From: Eledone cirrhosa
Lineage: Eukaryota
Direction of reading: 5' to 3'
Length of the DNA stretch: 64,000 nt
Assembly: GCA_964016885.1 (NCBI GenBank)
Contig: OZ024744.1
Span: forward strand, 100,502,001 to 100,566,000
Shown here: one piece after another, positions 51,990 to 64,000 of the stretch
Layout of the letters: each line of letters opens with the position of its first letter
Numbering within the stretch: the stretch's first letter is position 1
Notes under the pieces: generated by a model
Told to the model about the DNA's origin: nothing
The model's database searches: none
Seen by the model: only the letters and a program-made list of their open reading frames with translations
Position numbers and translations under genes: made by a program

Positions 51990-52635
51990 CAGTAATTGCT
52001 TTAGTGTCAACACAGTCTCAGATCAAGTCACTTGCCAGACATGTACAACTGTAGCTAAAATAACTCTTCCATTATGTAATTGTCTTAGTTTCAACACAGT
52101 CTGAGATCAAGTCACTTGACAGACATGTACAACTGTGGCTAAAATAACTCTTCCATTATGTAATTGTCTTAGTTTCAACACAGTCTCAGATCAAGTCACT
52201 TGCCAGACATGTACAACTGTAGCTAAAATGACTCTTCCATGATATAATTGTTTTAGTTTCAACACAGTCTCAGATCAAGTCACTTGCCAGACATGTACAA
52301 CTGTAGCTAAAATGACTCTTCCATGATATAATTGTTTTAGTTTCAACACAGTCTCAGATCAAGGCACTTGACAGACATGTACAACTGTAGCTAAAATAAC
52401 TCTTCCATGATGTAACTGTTTTAGTTTCAACACAGTCTCAGATCAAGTCAATTACCAGACATGTACAACTGTGGCTAAACTGGCTCTTCCATGATATAAT
52501 TGTTTTAGTTTCAACACTGTCTCAGATCAAGTCACTCACCAGACATGTACAACTGTAGCTAAAATAACTCTTCCATGATGTAATTGTTTTAGTTTCAACA
52601 CAGTCTCAGATCAAGTCAATTACCAGACATGTACA
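51990..52635. repeat. 84-bp minisatellite (~7.5 copies)
   Basis: gatcaagtca at 52021, 52105, 52189 and so on. Confidence 0.92.
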
Positions 52636-52721
52636 CCTCCAAAAGAAGAATACCTTCGCAAATACATCTTAAATGTTAGATGGTTCTTACTAGTATAATG
52701 GCAGAGAATAATCATGCTTAC

Positions 52722-52914
52722 CTGAAGTACTGTCACATGATAGTGATTTCCAAGGATTTTAGCAAGTTTCCAAGGTAAGATTTTTATTTGGTTCGATGTT
52801 ATCAGTAATCTTGCTCCACAACTTAAGGACATGAAAATATCGATGATACTCGGGTCAAATGTGAGAGGAGCGGCCAGAAATAATAAGTCATTGGAAGTGA
52901 CATTAAACAGTTTC
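52722..52914 (-). CDS. AASDH: AASDH-like exon C (KLFNVTSNDLLFLAAPLTFDPSIIDIF...HVTVLQ)
   Basis: AG/GTAAG boundaries. 193 nt = 1 nt + 64 codons. A4 motif FDPS; PLTFDPS and VTVLQ are typical of AASDH. Confidence 0.93.
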
Positions 52915-53394
52915 CTGATTGGTGAGAAATAAAATGACATGTTTCAATATAATTGTTTCCTGATTTAGGCACAAGGCCAACAATTTGGGGAGGGGTAAGT
53001 CAATTAAATTGACCCCAGTCTGCTACTGGTACTGGAAAGTGAATGATAATAATAATTGTTTCTACTTTTGGCACAAGGCCAGCAATTACTCCAGTGCATT
53101 ACTGGTACTTTATTTTATTGACCCTCAGCAGGATTTGAACTCAGAATGTAAAGGGCTGTAACTCTATGCTAAAATCTGTCCCAGTATTTACCCTGATTTC
53201 ATTGGCATTGAGTGACTGAGAGTACATGATTCCCCCCTGGATAGGATGTCAGTCCATCACAGGGGTTAAACCCCCAGCTGTTGCTGCTTATATTCATTTT
53301 CAACTGAGTATATTAGAAGAACAAGAAATAAAGTGTTTTGCTGAAGAACACAACACACCACCTGGTCCAAGAATTGACCCCATGTTATAATATT

Positions 53395-53640
53395 GGAGGG
53401 GGGCTCAATTTGCTGGCCACTGTCACCGTGCCAGCAATGAAATCATATCCGCTCTCTTGCTCTGGAACCCTGACTCCAGCCTGACTAGGAGTAGGAAGCT
53501 GTCATTCCCTGACGTTATCTCTAGGGATACGGGAATCAGTAGACAGGACCTGGGGGCAGCGATGGGGGACAGGGAATTCTGGGGCATGAGAGTGAGATCC
53601 GTCATCTCGACAGTAGTCGACGAGTGATGAGGATGATATT
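53395..53640 (+). mobile_element. RTE-like LINE 3' end (related fragment at 56155-56450 nested in a piggyBac MITE)
   Basis: FAGHCHRASNEIISALLLWNP..DREFW; RLRLAGHV..VLLWEPQHG..RGRLRLTYVD. Confidence 0.7.
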
Positions 53641-54551
53641 GGTAAGTCCAACACCTTAACCAACAGGTCATGTACCTTCACTTATACTATGCATATTATG
53701 ACTAAAAAAAGTTAGTCTGTCCCAAGCCCTGAGACTCAAATGGCCGGTGCTTATAATAATGATAATAATAATAATAATAATAATAATGAAATTATTGTGT
53801 ACAGTGCTCAGGTGCACTACAACTCATCAAAGGTGCATGTATAGTACATAGAATAATGTACAAATGTCAGGAAAATGAACAGTGTATGAGTCATGATATA
53901 ATAACAATAACAATAATGAAATATTGTGTACAGTGCCCAGGTGCACCACAACTCATCAAAAAAGTGCATGTACAGTACATAATCTTGGTTTTCATTGGTG
54001 TTTAGTGACTGAGAGCTCAAGACTTCCCTCTGGACATTACAATTCTAAGTCCAGCATGTTAACCATTAAGCTGTGTGCCTTCACTCATATTATTATTCAT
54101 CAACATCATCATCATCATCATCATCATCGTTTAACATCCACCTTCCACGCTAGCATGGGTTAGACGGGAATTGTCCCACTTGAGGTAAGATTGATCGGGT
54201 GACCGTGTTTCGCTGGTATAGGACTGTATCTGGCAGGTTTTCTACGGCTGGATGCCCTTCCTAACACCAGCCACATTTACAGTGGGGACTGGGAGCCTTT
54301 TTACCATGTCTCCTACACGACCACTTTACAGTGTGGACTGGGTGTTTTTTGTTGTGAGACCTACCCAATCTCATTAGTTTGGACTGGATGTTGTGGCACC
54401 AACATAACTTTACAGAGAAAGGGTGGTGTTGGTGGAAGTGGGAGGATGGAGTAGGAGGTAGTGGGTTGGGGTGCATATTTGGTTAGGAGGTGCGCCTACT
54501 GACTGTAGGTTTAACTTTATTAGCATCACAAAAACAAAGGAGATGACTTAC

Positions 54552-54760
54552 CTTAAATGAATTATATTTGGTACAATAGATTTATGAGGAACTTTCACAA
54601 TTTTGGGGACACCCGTAGAACCTGAAGTACTGATACAGTAGGCAAGATGAATGGAATTCTTCTGGCGCCTCACTTTGTTTAGTTTTATGACAATCAACTG
54701 CCATTCAGGAATTAATACCAACACTTCCGGATTTAAAAGAAATAAAATATTTTCTATGTC
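54552..54760 (-). CDS. AASDH: AASDH-like exon B with AMP-binding P-loop (LAYCISTSGSTGVPKIVKVPHKSIVPNIIHL)
   Basis: AG/GTAAG boundaries. 209 nt = 69 codons + 2 nt. Adenylation-domain A3 motif, close to AASDH LAYVLHTSGTTGIPKIVRVPHKCIVPNI. Confidence 0.93.
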
Positions 54761-57562
54761 CTGAAAAATAAAAAATAAAATAAGTTTTTTTTAAATTTTT
54801 ATTCTTGATAAAAAAAAAGTTTGAATTCAACTTTCTCTTAACATATTATATGTATTGACCTTATAGGCCCATACATGGAGTTGTATGAGTGCCATAATGA
54901 TATACGGAGATTCTTGGGCATCTTAAACCTGGCATAGCCCACCAACTTCTCCAGGTCTGAACACAACTGATCTCTTCTAGAGAAGAAGAAGAGAGAGGAA
55001 GCGAGACAGAGGTATAAAGGAAGTACTGACCCCAGCACTAGACTGATACTTTTTTTTTTATTGACCTTGAAAGAAGGAAGGACTAAGTTGACTTTGGTAG
55101 AATTTGAACTCAGAGCTCAGAGAGCCAGAAGAAATACTGCAAAACATTCTATCTGACATTCTAACGACTCTGCCAATTTCACCTCCTCACCCTTGATAAC
55201 TAACCCTTGATAACTAACGCTTTAGAGAATCTGATTTGAGTGGTTTATTTATGGACAGTCGATGGAACCGGAAACAATAGTTCTAGTTAAGCTCCTTAGG
55301 TTTGGTAATAGAAATAATCAATGACACCTTTTAGAAACTTATTGATCACTTAGCTATATATACAATTGTGTTGGAATAAGGTACTAAATTAAATCTGATT
55401 TGAGAAAAAAAAATATCTGAAATTAAAATTAATCTATTTGTAATTAAAGTGAAATTAATTAGTCTTAACTTTATTAAGAAGTGCTCTAGCCATAATTAAC
55501 AAGAAGGTGGCTTTATATGAAACATAATGACATTATAAACAATTAATTCAAATAGTGGTTGGTTCATCTTCTATTTCTCTTTATATATGGCTTAGTGGTT
55601 AGAGCATTGGGCTTGCAATCGAAAGGTTGTGAGTTCAATTCTCAGACTGGGTGATGTGTTGTTTCCTTGAGCAAGACACTTTATTTCAATTTGCTCCAGT
55701 TTACTCAGCTGTAGAAATGAGATGATAGGACTGGGGTCCCTATCATTCCACTGCAAAGTGGTCGTGGAGGTGCCACGGCAAAAAAGCACCCAGCCCACAC
55801 TGTAAAGTGGCCATGGAGGTGCCACGGCAAAAAAAGCACCCAGCACTCACTGTAAATGAGGTTGGTGTTAGGAAGTGCATCCAGCTGTAGAAATCAAGCC
55901 AGAATCAGTTCCCGTCCCACCCTTACAAGCAGGGTAAAGCGGACATGAAAATGATGATGATGATGATATATATTGACATTTTACACCGGCTGCTATAGAT
56001 GTTTATGATGTACACTTGAAGATAACACCTCCTTAACCCATTACCATTTACATTTCTCTATATATACTATTGTATTTTCAAGGAAAAGATTCTACCTCAC
56101 ATCATTATCTCACATATCGAATCTATGAGATTTTGATGTTATTTATTTTAAGAACTCAGAGCTGTACGGGAGCTTCCCAAAAGTCACCTCGAAAGTAACA
56201 CAGAAGAGACTGAGGTTAGCTGGACATGTTCACCGACATTCAGAGTTTACACTGCACTCAGTGCTCCTGTGGGAGCCCCAACACGGACACACTAGAAGAG
56301 GGAGACTGAGGTTGACATATGTTGATGCCCTAAGGACAGACACCGGTCTCTTGGAGACACAGGATATGGCAGCAATGATGAGGGTCAGAGACTGCTGGAG
56401 AGAACTCGTCCATGGATCTCAGGAATTTTATCCGCCCTAGATAGAGATGGAGATTATTTTAAGAACAATATCTTAACATCAGTATGAGTGGCCACTTACA
56501 GCTGGTTTGAACAGAAAGAGATGAGAGAATTCTGGTTGGATACGGGCGGTTTAAATGCTAAAGGGTTAATGTTAATTTAAACGTTTATAAATGCCAATGA
56601 GCTGGTTTAATGAGAATATTCTCATTTAGCGTGGTACAACATATGTTGATCAATTAAAAGTGCAATTAACAGCTTTGGTTATTATATATATATATGTCGG
56701 GTCACTCTTGAGTGCTACTGGTAACATGTAACCCAGTACAACCTGTCGCATGGTCGGGTCATCGTGGCGACTAAACCGGCAACCCCACCAAGTTTACTTG
56801 GTGAGGAAGGTGATTTTGGACACCCTGCAGGACAAAAAACAAAACCTGACAAAGGGCGGAAGAACTCATAAGAGTCAATGGCCATCCAAAAGTGTGTAAA
56901 TATGTATATACACATGTACATATGTATGTATATCTATGTGTATATCCATGGGTGCATGTGTATGTACATACGCGGTGACATAGAAATAGTCGAGCTGGAC
57001 ACCCTATCGCGTGGTTAAACCACTGGGAGTGAAGGACCCCTAGCCTTTGTCAGGGCATTCTCCTAGGAGAAGGCAACTCAGGAAACTGGGATAACTCCGA
57101 CATAAAGCCTGCGGCCCAGTAGTTACCAATGATATTGATCTTTTCTTCTTTTCGGTTTAAAGCTACAGTCGCTCAGAGAGTGGGATTGGCTCAGTGCACA
57201 GTCTTTCGTCACTTTAAAAAATATTTTTACGCACAGGCATTGCACGATAGAATTAATTAATAATTATTAATAATGGTATATTGTGCAATGGCCATCATAT
57301 ATATATATATATATGCTCTGTGAATAATATAACGATGCAGTGAGTGGGCTGTAAATATTGGACCAACTCCAGATGCTCTACACCCTTCACACCTACTAAT
57401 TATCAACTCACATTAACCTTTAACCTCACTTTGCTAAACGTTTAGATGTTTTCTAAACTTCTCTCTCTCTCTCTCTCTATCATGATGATCATCATCATCG
57501 TTGTTTAACGTCTACCTTCCACGCTATCATGGGTTAGACGGGATTGTCCCACTTGAGGCAAG

Positions 57563-57764
57563 ATTTACCGCGCCTTCTACATGACCACATTACAGTGTGA
57601 ACTGGGTACATTTTGTCGTGACACCTACACGACCACTTTAGTGTAGACTGGATGTTGTGGTACCAACATAACTTTACAGAGAACGAGTGGTGTGGGTGGA
57701 AGTGGGAGAATGGAGTAGGGATATATATATATACATACATACATATATATATATACACATACAT

Positions 57765-57808
<44 letters not shown>

Positions 57809-57996
57809 GTATATATATATATGTATATATATATCTATCCCTACTCCATTCTCCCACTTCCACCCACACCACTCGTTCTCTGTAAAGTTATGTTGGTACC
57901 ACAACATCCAGTCTACACTAAAGTGGTCGTGTAGGTGTCACGACAAAATGTACCCAGTTCACACTGTAATGTGGTCATGTAGAAGGCGTGGTAAAT
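57563..57996. repeat. Near-perfect foldback: ~160-bp inverted arms around a TA-rich microsatellite
   Basis: 57563-57723 is the reverse complement of 57836-57996 with one visible mismatch. Confidence 0.92.
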
Positions 57997-58227
57997 ACAT
58001 ACGGTGGAATCTCGGTTCATGAACTTAATTCATTCCTGAGGTCGTTTATAGCGAATTAAATGTTTCCCTATGGTGTTTTTCCCTTATGGCCACAACCTCA
58101 CAGGAAAGACAATAGATAAATTACCCTGATGGAAGGATTTACGGCACCAATTGTATGAAAGGAAGACATTTTCTGGAGCCATCTGTTATCAGTAAAGTAA
58201 CTAGCTGTCATAAATATGCTGTAACGC

Positions 58228-59385
58228 GGTGAATTGGCAGTATCGGTAGAGGGTTGGACGCCATGCTTTCTAGCATAGTTATGTCCCTTTACGATCTGAG
58301 TTCAAATCCCGCCGAGGTTAACTTTGCCTTTCATCCTTACGGGGTCGATAAAATAAAGTACCAGTAATGTACTGGGTAATTGCTGGCCTTGTGCCAAACG
58401 TAGAAACAATTATAAATATGCTGTAACGCGGTGAATTGGCAATACCGGTAGAGGGTTGGACGCCATGCTTTCTGGCATAGTTACGACCCTTTACGGTCTG
58501 CGTTCAAATCCCGTTGAGGTTAATTTTGCCTTTCATCCTTACAGAGTTGATAAAATAAAGTACTAGTAATGTACTGGGTAATTGCTGGCCTTGTGCCAAA
58601 ATTAGAAACAATTATAAATATACTATCATTTGGCCCTAGCATCAGTCAATTCACTGCCACTTCACCTGTACAACAATACAGCCAGCCCATATAATTGGTT
58701 CTACCTTTGGCACAAGGCCAGCAATTATCCCAGTGTATCACTGGTACTTTATTTTATCGACCCTGTAAGGATGAAAGGCAAAGTTAACCTTGGCGGGATT
58801 TGAACTCAGATCATAAAGGGCCGTAACTCTGTGCTGCAAAGCGTCCAACTCTCTACCAATACTGCCAGCCCATATAATGGTTTTACTACTACCTCTGTTG
58901 GCAACATAACTGTCTGACTACAACTTGTCTCTTTTTAAAGGAACATCCCATGGTAAATAATTGTTTCTACTTTAGGCACAAGGCCAGCAATTACCCAGTG
59001 CATTACTGGTACTTTTATTTTATCGACCCCGTAAGGATGAAAGGCAAAGTCAACCTCGGCGGGATTTGAACTCAGATCGTAAAGGGACGTAACTATGCTG
59101 GAAAGCATGGCGTCCGACCCTCTACCGATACTGCCAATCCACCGCCCTATGGTAAATAATGGTAAATAATGATTTCTGATTTAGTCACAAGCCAGTAATT
59201 TGGGGGAAAGGGAAAGTCTATGAAATCAACCCCAGTGTGTGACTGGTACTTTATTTTAGCGATCTCGTAAGGATGAAAGGCAAAGCTAACCTCGGCAAGA
59301 TTTGAACTCAAAACATAAAGGGACGTAACTCTATGCTGTGAAGCATGATATCCAATGTTCTACTGATTCTGCCAATCCAACGTCC
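58228..59385. mobile_element. Five SINE family A copies: two plus (58228-58410, 58429-58613), three minus (58692-58870, 58960-59146, 59170-59385)
   Basis: Core motifs in both orientations. TSD-like flanks ataaatatgctgtaacg and atggtaaataat. Confidence 0.85.
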
Positions 59386-59699
59386 TGGTAAATAATGAGA
59401 CTCAGAAGCCTTATAGAACAATATAATCATTTGTGAACACTACAATTGTCGATTGTATTTATGATTCAAACCAGTCGTATTTTTTCCTTTTTGGAGGTGA
59501 AATAAAGCTATATGTTAAACCAAAATTGTTTGTACTTGTGTTCGGCATTCCTTCCACAACAAATAGACTTTGCTTCACATTTGTCACTCGAAACGTTCGT
59601 AAAGTAAAACTACCCCCCCCCCCCTCCCCTTCTGCGAGAGAGAGAGAGAGCCTGTGTGTGAAAGATATATATTACTAACTACACAACAAGTGACACTTT

Positions 59700-60241
59700 T
59701 CTGCCAGCTTCTTGCCAACTGTTGTTGCCAGCTTGTTGCCAACCGTTGTTGCCAGCTTGTTGCTAACTGTTGTTGCCAGCTTGTTGCCAACCGTTGTTGC
59801 CAGCTTGTTGCTAACTGATGTTGCCAGCTTGTTGCCAACCGTTGTTGCCTGCTTGTTGTCAGCTTGTTGCCAACCGTTGTTGCTAGCTTGTTGCCTGCTT
59901 GTTGCCAGCTTGTTGCCAACTGTTGTTGCCAGCTTGTTGCCAACCGTTGTTGCCAGCTTGTTGCCAACTGTTGTTACCAGCTTGTTGCCAACCATTGTTG
60001 CCAACTGTTGCCAACTGTTGTTACCAGCTTGTTGCCAACCGTTGTTGCCAGCTTGTTTCCAACTGTTGTTACCAGCTTGTTGCCAACCGTTGTTGCCAGC
60101 TTGTTGCCAATTGTTGTTGCCTGCTTGTTTCCAACTGTTGTTGCCAATTTGTTTCCAGCTTGTTGCCTGCTTGTTGCCAGCTTGTAGCCAGCTTGTAGCC
60201 AGCTTGTTGCCAACCATTGTTACCAGCTTGTTGCCAGCTTG
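59700..60241. repeat. 24-bp minisatellite (gttgttgccagcttgttgccaacc)n
   Basis: 8-aa periodicity in several frames (SWQQRLAT / TTVGNKLA). Confidence 0.9.
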
Positions 60242-61510
60242 TGTATTCATTACTTGAGACACCATTCATGAACTGATTTGTTTGTGACGAGAAGCATTCA
60301 TGAACTGAGGTTCCACTGTATATATATTGTAATACTATGGGAAGGTCATCAAAAAGTGCCCAATCCACACTGTAAAGTGGTTGTGTTGCTGACATGACAA
60401 AAGTGCCCAGTCCACACTGTAAAGTGGTAGTTATTTTGGTAGTTTTTTGGTTATCTGACAAAATGTGCTCCATCAACACTGTAAATATGGTCATTTTGGT
60501 GCCACAATAAAAGGCACCCAGTCCACACTGTAAAGGGGTCATGTTGGTGTCATGACAAAAAAGCACCCAGTCCACACTGTAGATGTGGTTGGCTTTAGGA
60601 AAAGCATCCAGCTGTAGAAACCAAGCCAGAAACAGTTCTGTATAAGCAAGACCTGGTCACCTGATCTGATTTGTCTCCAACTCGTCAAGCCCATGCTGGT
60701 GTGGAAAAATCAAGGTTAAAAGGTGATAATGATGATGATGTATATTAATCTTCACTGTAGAATTACTCAAGCCATAATTTTGTCTTTTATTTACTTTGTT
60801 TTGCATGAAATTATTGTGTACAGTGCTCAGATGCACTACAACTCATCAAAGGTGCATGTATAGTACATAGAGTTATGTATAAATGTTAGGAAAGTGAATA
60901 ATAATAATAATTGCTTCTACTTTTGGCACAAGACCAGCAATTATCCCAGTGCATTACTGGTACTTTATTTCATTGACCCTGCAAGGATGAAAGGCAAAGT
61001 CAACCTCGGCGGGTTTTGAACTCAGACCATAAAGGGCCATAACTCTTTGCTGCAAAGCATGGCGTCCGGCCCTCTACCGATACTGCCAATCCACGAAAAT
61101 TAGTTTCATCTGTCAGATTTAAATCTATGTCAATGTAAAAATATATCATATCAAATCCGGAATTATGTGAGGTAAATGCTTTACCCTTTACCTCACATAA
61201 TTATCTCACATAATATTGAATGAGATTTTGATATTATTTATTTTGAGAACAACACCTTAACATCAGTGTGAGCAACAGGTTACAGTCGGTTTGAACAGAA
61301 AGAGGTGAGAGAATTCTGGCTGGATATGGCCAGTTTAAATGTTAATGGGTTAATGTCTGTTTTCCTTGCTAGCAAGAGTCCATGGTTGCCGTAGACCAAG
61401 TCAGTACTTAATCAGATTGCCTGACCTCACAGAGAGACTCAGGGATCCACAACTCACTTATATATATTCCCACAATCTACATCTCTCTATATCTAAAAAC
61501 ATATACAAAC

Positions 61511-61628
61511 CTCCAAATAGGATATATCAACTAGAACAATAGCAGCGTTAAGTGACTTCAAAGAATTCAGTATGAATTTCTCAGCACCAGGTTCAAAGAA
61601 ATAAAATGCTGCAGGAACCTGAAGTATT
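61511..61628 (-). CDS. AASDH: AASDH-like exon A (first exon in window): ILQVPAAFYFFEPGAEKFILNSLKSLNAAIVLVDISYLE
   Basis: tttcAG acceptor (61629-30) and GTttgt donor (61510). 118 nt = 1 nt + 39 codons. ILQVPAA matches the vertebrate AASDH GILQVPAAY motif as recalled. Phase fits the next exon. Confidence 0.85.
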
Positions 61629-61672
61629 CTGAAATATTTACAAAAGAAATAAATTTATACATTTACAAAATG

Positions 61673-64000
61673 ATAGATATATTTCTTTATTAGCCACAGG
61701 GGCACAAAAGAAGGGGACAAATACAAAGGGGGAAGTTTACATACAATAAAAACGTGTAAAATGTTATCACAGATGGAATTTAAAAAGTTAGTCGATTTTC
61801 CCCAATAGAGGGAGACAGTTTATATGGGTAACACATACCCCTGAAAAAAAATGTGCAACCCTCATCTCCAGGAGTACGAAGAGTTTGTACTCCCTTCCTC
61901 TCCTCCTCCTTTTCCTCAACCTACAGGCTGATATAGAGAGAAGGCCCATTCACTCGGGCCATTCTCATAGATATATTTCTTTATTAGCCACAGGGGCACA
62001 AAAGAAGGGGACAAATACAAAGGGGGAAGTTTACATACAATAAAAACGTGTAAAATGTTATCACAGATGGAATTTAAAAGTTAGTCGATTTTCCCCAATA
62101 GAGGGAGACAGTTTATATGGGTAACACATACCCCCGAAAAAAAATGTGCAACCCTCATCTCCAGGAGTACGAAGAGCTTGTACTCCTTTCCTCTCCTCCT
62201 CCTTTTCCTCAACCTACAGGCTGATATAGAGAGAAGGCCCATTCACTCGGGCCATTCTCGCCACTTTCACCCACCTTTCATAAAACTTGCTGGGGTACAG
62301 CACCTCTCTCTCCATCCTGATTCTTCTTCCAAAGTGGTATTTGAAAAAAAGAATCAGTTGTTGGCCGGAGAGAAAGGTGTCTGACCTCAGCCCTTTCAAC
62401 CTTGTCCACCATACAACCTCATTCGCCATAGCTATCACACAAAGGAAAACCGCCTCTCCTTCGTTTTTGAAGGAGGGTGGCGGTTTGATCATGACAATGG
62501 ACTCGGTGGTCAACTGGATTGGTCCCACCCGCGACAATAGTCGTTCTACATAGCCCCACAGGTCAGTGACGCCCGGGCAGTGTATGAATGCGTGCGCGAC
62601 GGTTTCTTCGTCTCGCACGCACCTCGGACAGATCTTTTTTGCAGGGTCCCTGCCCGGGCGCCCATGTCTGTAGAGCTTGTCTCGAACTGGTAGAGCTCCT
62701 CGGTAGCACTGCCAGGCCAGGGACTTTTGGAAGTTGTCCATCAGTCCCGGGCGGAAGGTCCTACCGAACTGACTGGCCAGTTCATCTTCCTCTACGCCTA
62801 GAGTTTCACCGAGCGCGTCGTCGCACTTGCTGCGGACCAACCCTCTATAGAATGACGAAGTGGAGTCTCCACTGATCGCCGGGTCCGCCTGCCAGAGGGC
62901 TGTGAGTGCCTGAGCACATTCGATGTGCCAGTCGCCCATTTTCCTCGTCTCTGCTTGACCCAGGACTGCAGCTCGGTCAGCGAGACGAGTCGTGGGAAGG
63001 CTCGCCTCACGAACGGGGCCCACACCGGTTGTCCGGTGAGGAATACGTAGAGATGCCGCAGCCTGAGCGCGTGTTTGCGCATCGTCAACCACGGCATCCC
63101 CAGCCCTCCGTTAGAAGGGTGTTGGCAGCAGATGGATCTTCTCACCAAAGGAGCCCGCCTCTTCCAAAGGAATTGGAAGAGCGCGCGCTCCATTTTGGCG
63201 AGCGTTTTGGCTGGACACGGCACGACGGTCAAGCGGTAGTAGATGGCGGACGCTATAAAAGTGTTCGCCACCTCCGCTCGACCTTTCAAGGATAGTTTGC
63301 ACTCGGCCCACTTCTGGGTGAGTGCAAACACCTTGGCCGTCACTTCGTTCCAGTTCTTCTCCACCTGGAGGTCCGGACCAAACCAGATCCCGAGCAGCTT
63401 TACCGGTCCTTCCGTCCAGCGTCCGACGACGCCATCGGAAGGCATCGGTCTGCCTCTCCACGATCCGAGTTGCAAACCGATGGACTTGTCTCGATTCAGC
63501 TTCGCTCCTGTGAGACTTTGGTATTCCTTCAGTAAGGTGCCGACTTCCTCGATTTGCGAGGCGCTCGACACCATTACTGTCACGTCGTTGGCGTAGGCTG
63601 ACGCCGCTTTCCGCAGTCCCGGTTCCAGAGGGATGCCCTGCAATAGCTCCAGCTTCTGCAGTAGTGGCTCGAGAGTCAGTACGTACAGAAGGGAGGAGAG
63701 AGGGCATCCCTGTCGAATGGATCGCGTAATATGGAACGGCTCCGAGAGGTAACCGTTCACCTTGACCCTTGAGCAGATGTTGCTGTTGTGCATTGCAGCA
63801 ATCCAGCCCCTGAACACGGGTCCGAAGCCTGCCGCCTCGAGCACCGCATCCAGGTAACGATGGTCAACCCTATCGAAAGCCTTAGACTGATCCAAGTTGA
63901 TCAGGGCCCCACCGAAGCCGGGTTTACACCCTACCCTCTCTATGATGTATCGCATGAGGTGGAGTTGTCGTGTATGGACCCGGTCGGGATTGCGCATGTC
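61673..64000 (-). mobile_element. Tx1/L1-clade LINE ORF2 (RT + zf-RVT) and 3' UTR with a duplicated 3' end; continues past the window edge
   Basis: LDQSKAFDRVDH, RQGCPLS, YANDV (YADD altered), GGLGMP, CPRC..ETVAHAFIHC. Frameshift near 62950. 61673-61966 duplicates 61967-62259. Confidence 0.92.

Larger units (their letters stand above)
58002..60318. mobile_element. Old pogo/Tigger-like element with nested SINEs and a minisatellite
   Basis: Ends TA|cggtggaatctcggttcatgaa and ttcatgaactgaggttccactg|TA form imperfect TIRs. Confidence 0.6.

Noticed and set aside
55588-55650. Possible functional tRNA gene (also 12940-13008, 4668-4740, 19955-20020)
   Set aside because: These are SINE heads or degenerate copies that continue into SINE bodies, with no intact cloverleaf.
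59584-60265. Several long overlapping ORFs (GNKLATTV / SWQQRLAT repeats)
   Set aside because: Translation of a 24-bp minisatellite; being open in many frames argues against coding.

Overview
Eukaryotic, repeat-dense genomic DNA. The SINE, RTE, CR1 and microsatellite content looks like an octopod cephalopod; this is inferred from remembered repeat families, not from a search. The whole window lies inside one minus-strand gene, an AASDH/ACSF4-like beta-alanine-activating NRPS-like enzyme. Seven internal exons were reconstructed with GT-AG boundaries and consistent phases (61628-61511, 54760-54552, 52914-52722, 47800-47571, 17131-17022, 10097-9925, 5867-5654; about 1,247 nt encoding the adenylation domain). 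The gene start and the PCP/PQQ-repeat exons lie outside the window. Introns hold a DD37D/maT transposon derivative, a Gypsy integrase plus LTR, an internally deleted Helitron, pogo/Tigger-like and piggyBac-like MITEs, CR1 and Tx1 LINEs, RTE fragments, Penelope-like fragments with minimal hammerhead motifs, and two tRNA-derived SINE families. The most unusual theme is local conversion of ordinary sequence into tandem arrays: a ~13-kb 48-bp satellite that is an expanded internal repeat of one SINE (with higher-order periods and a CR1 insertion), a 124-bp array made from RTE coding sequence, degenerate copies of an AASDH exon end, and 84-bp and 95-bp arrays next to exons. I found no convincing novel protein-coding system. 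Most ORFs in the track are repeat artefacts.
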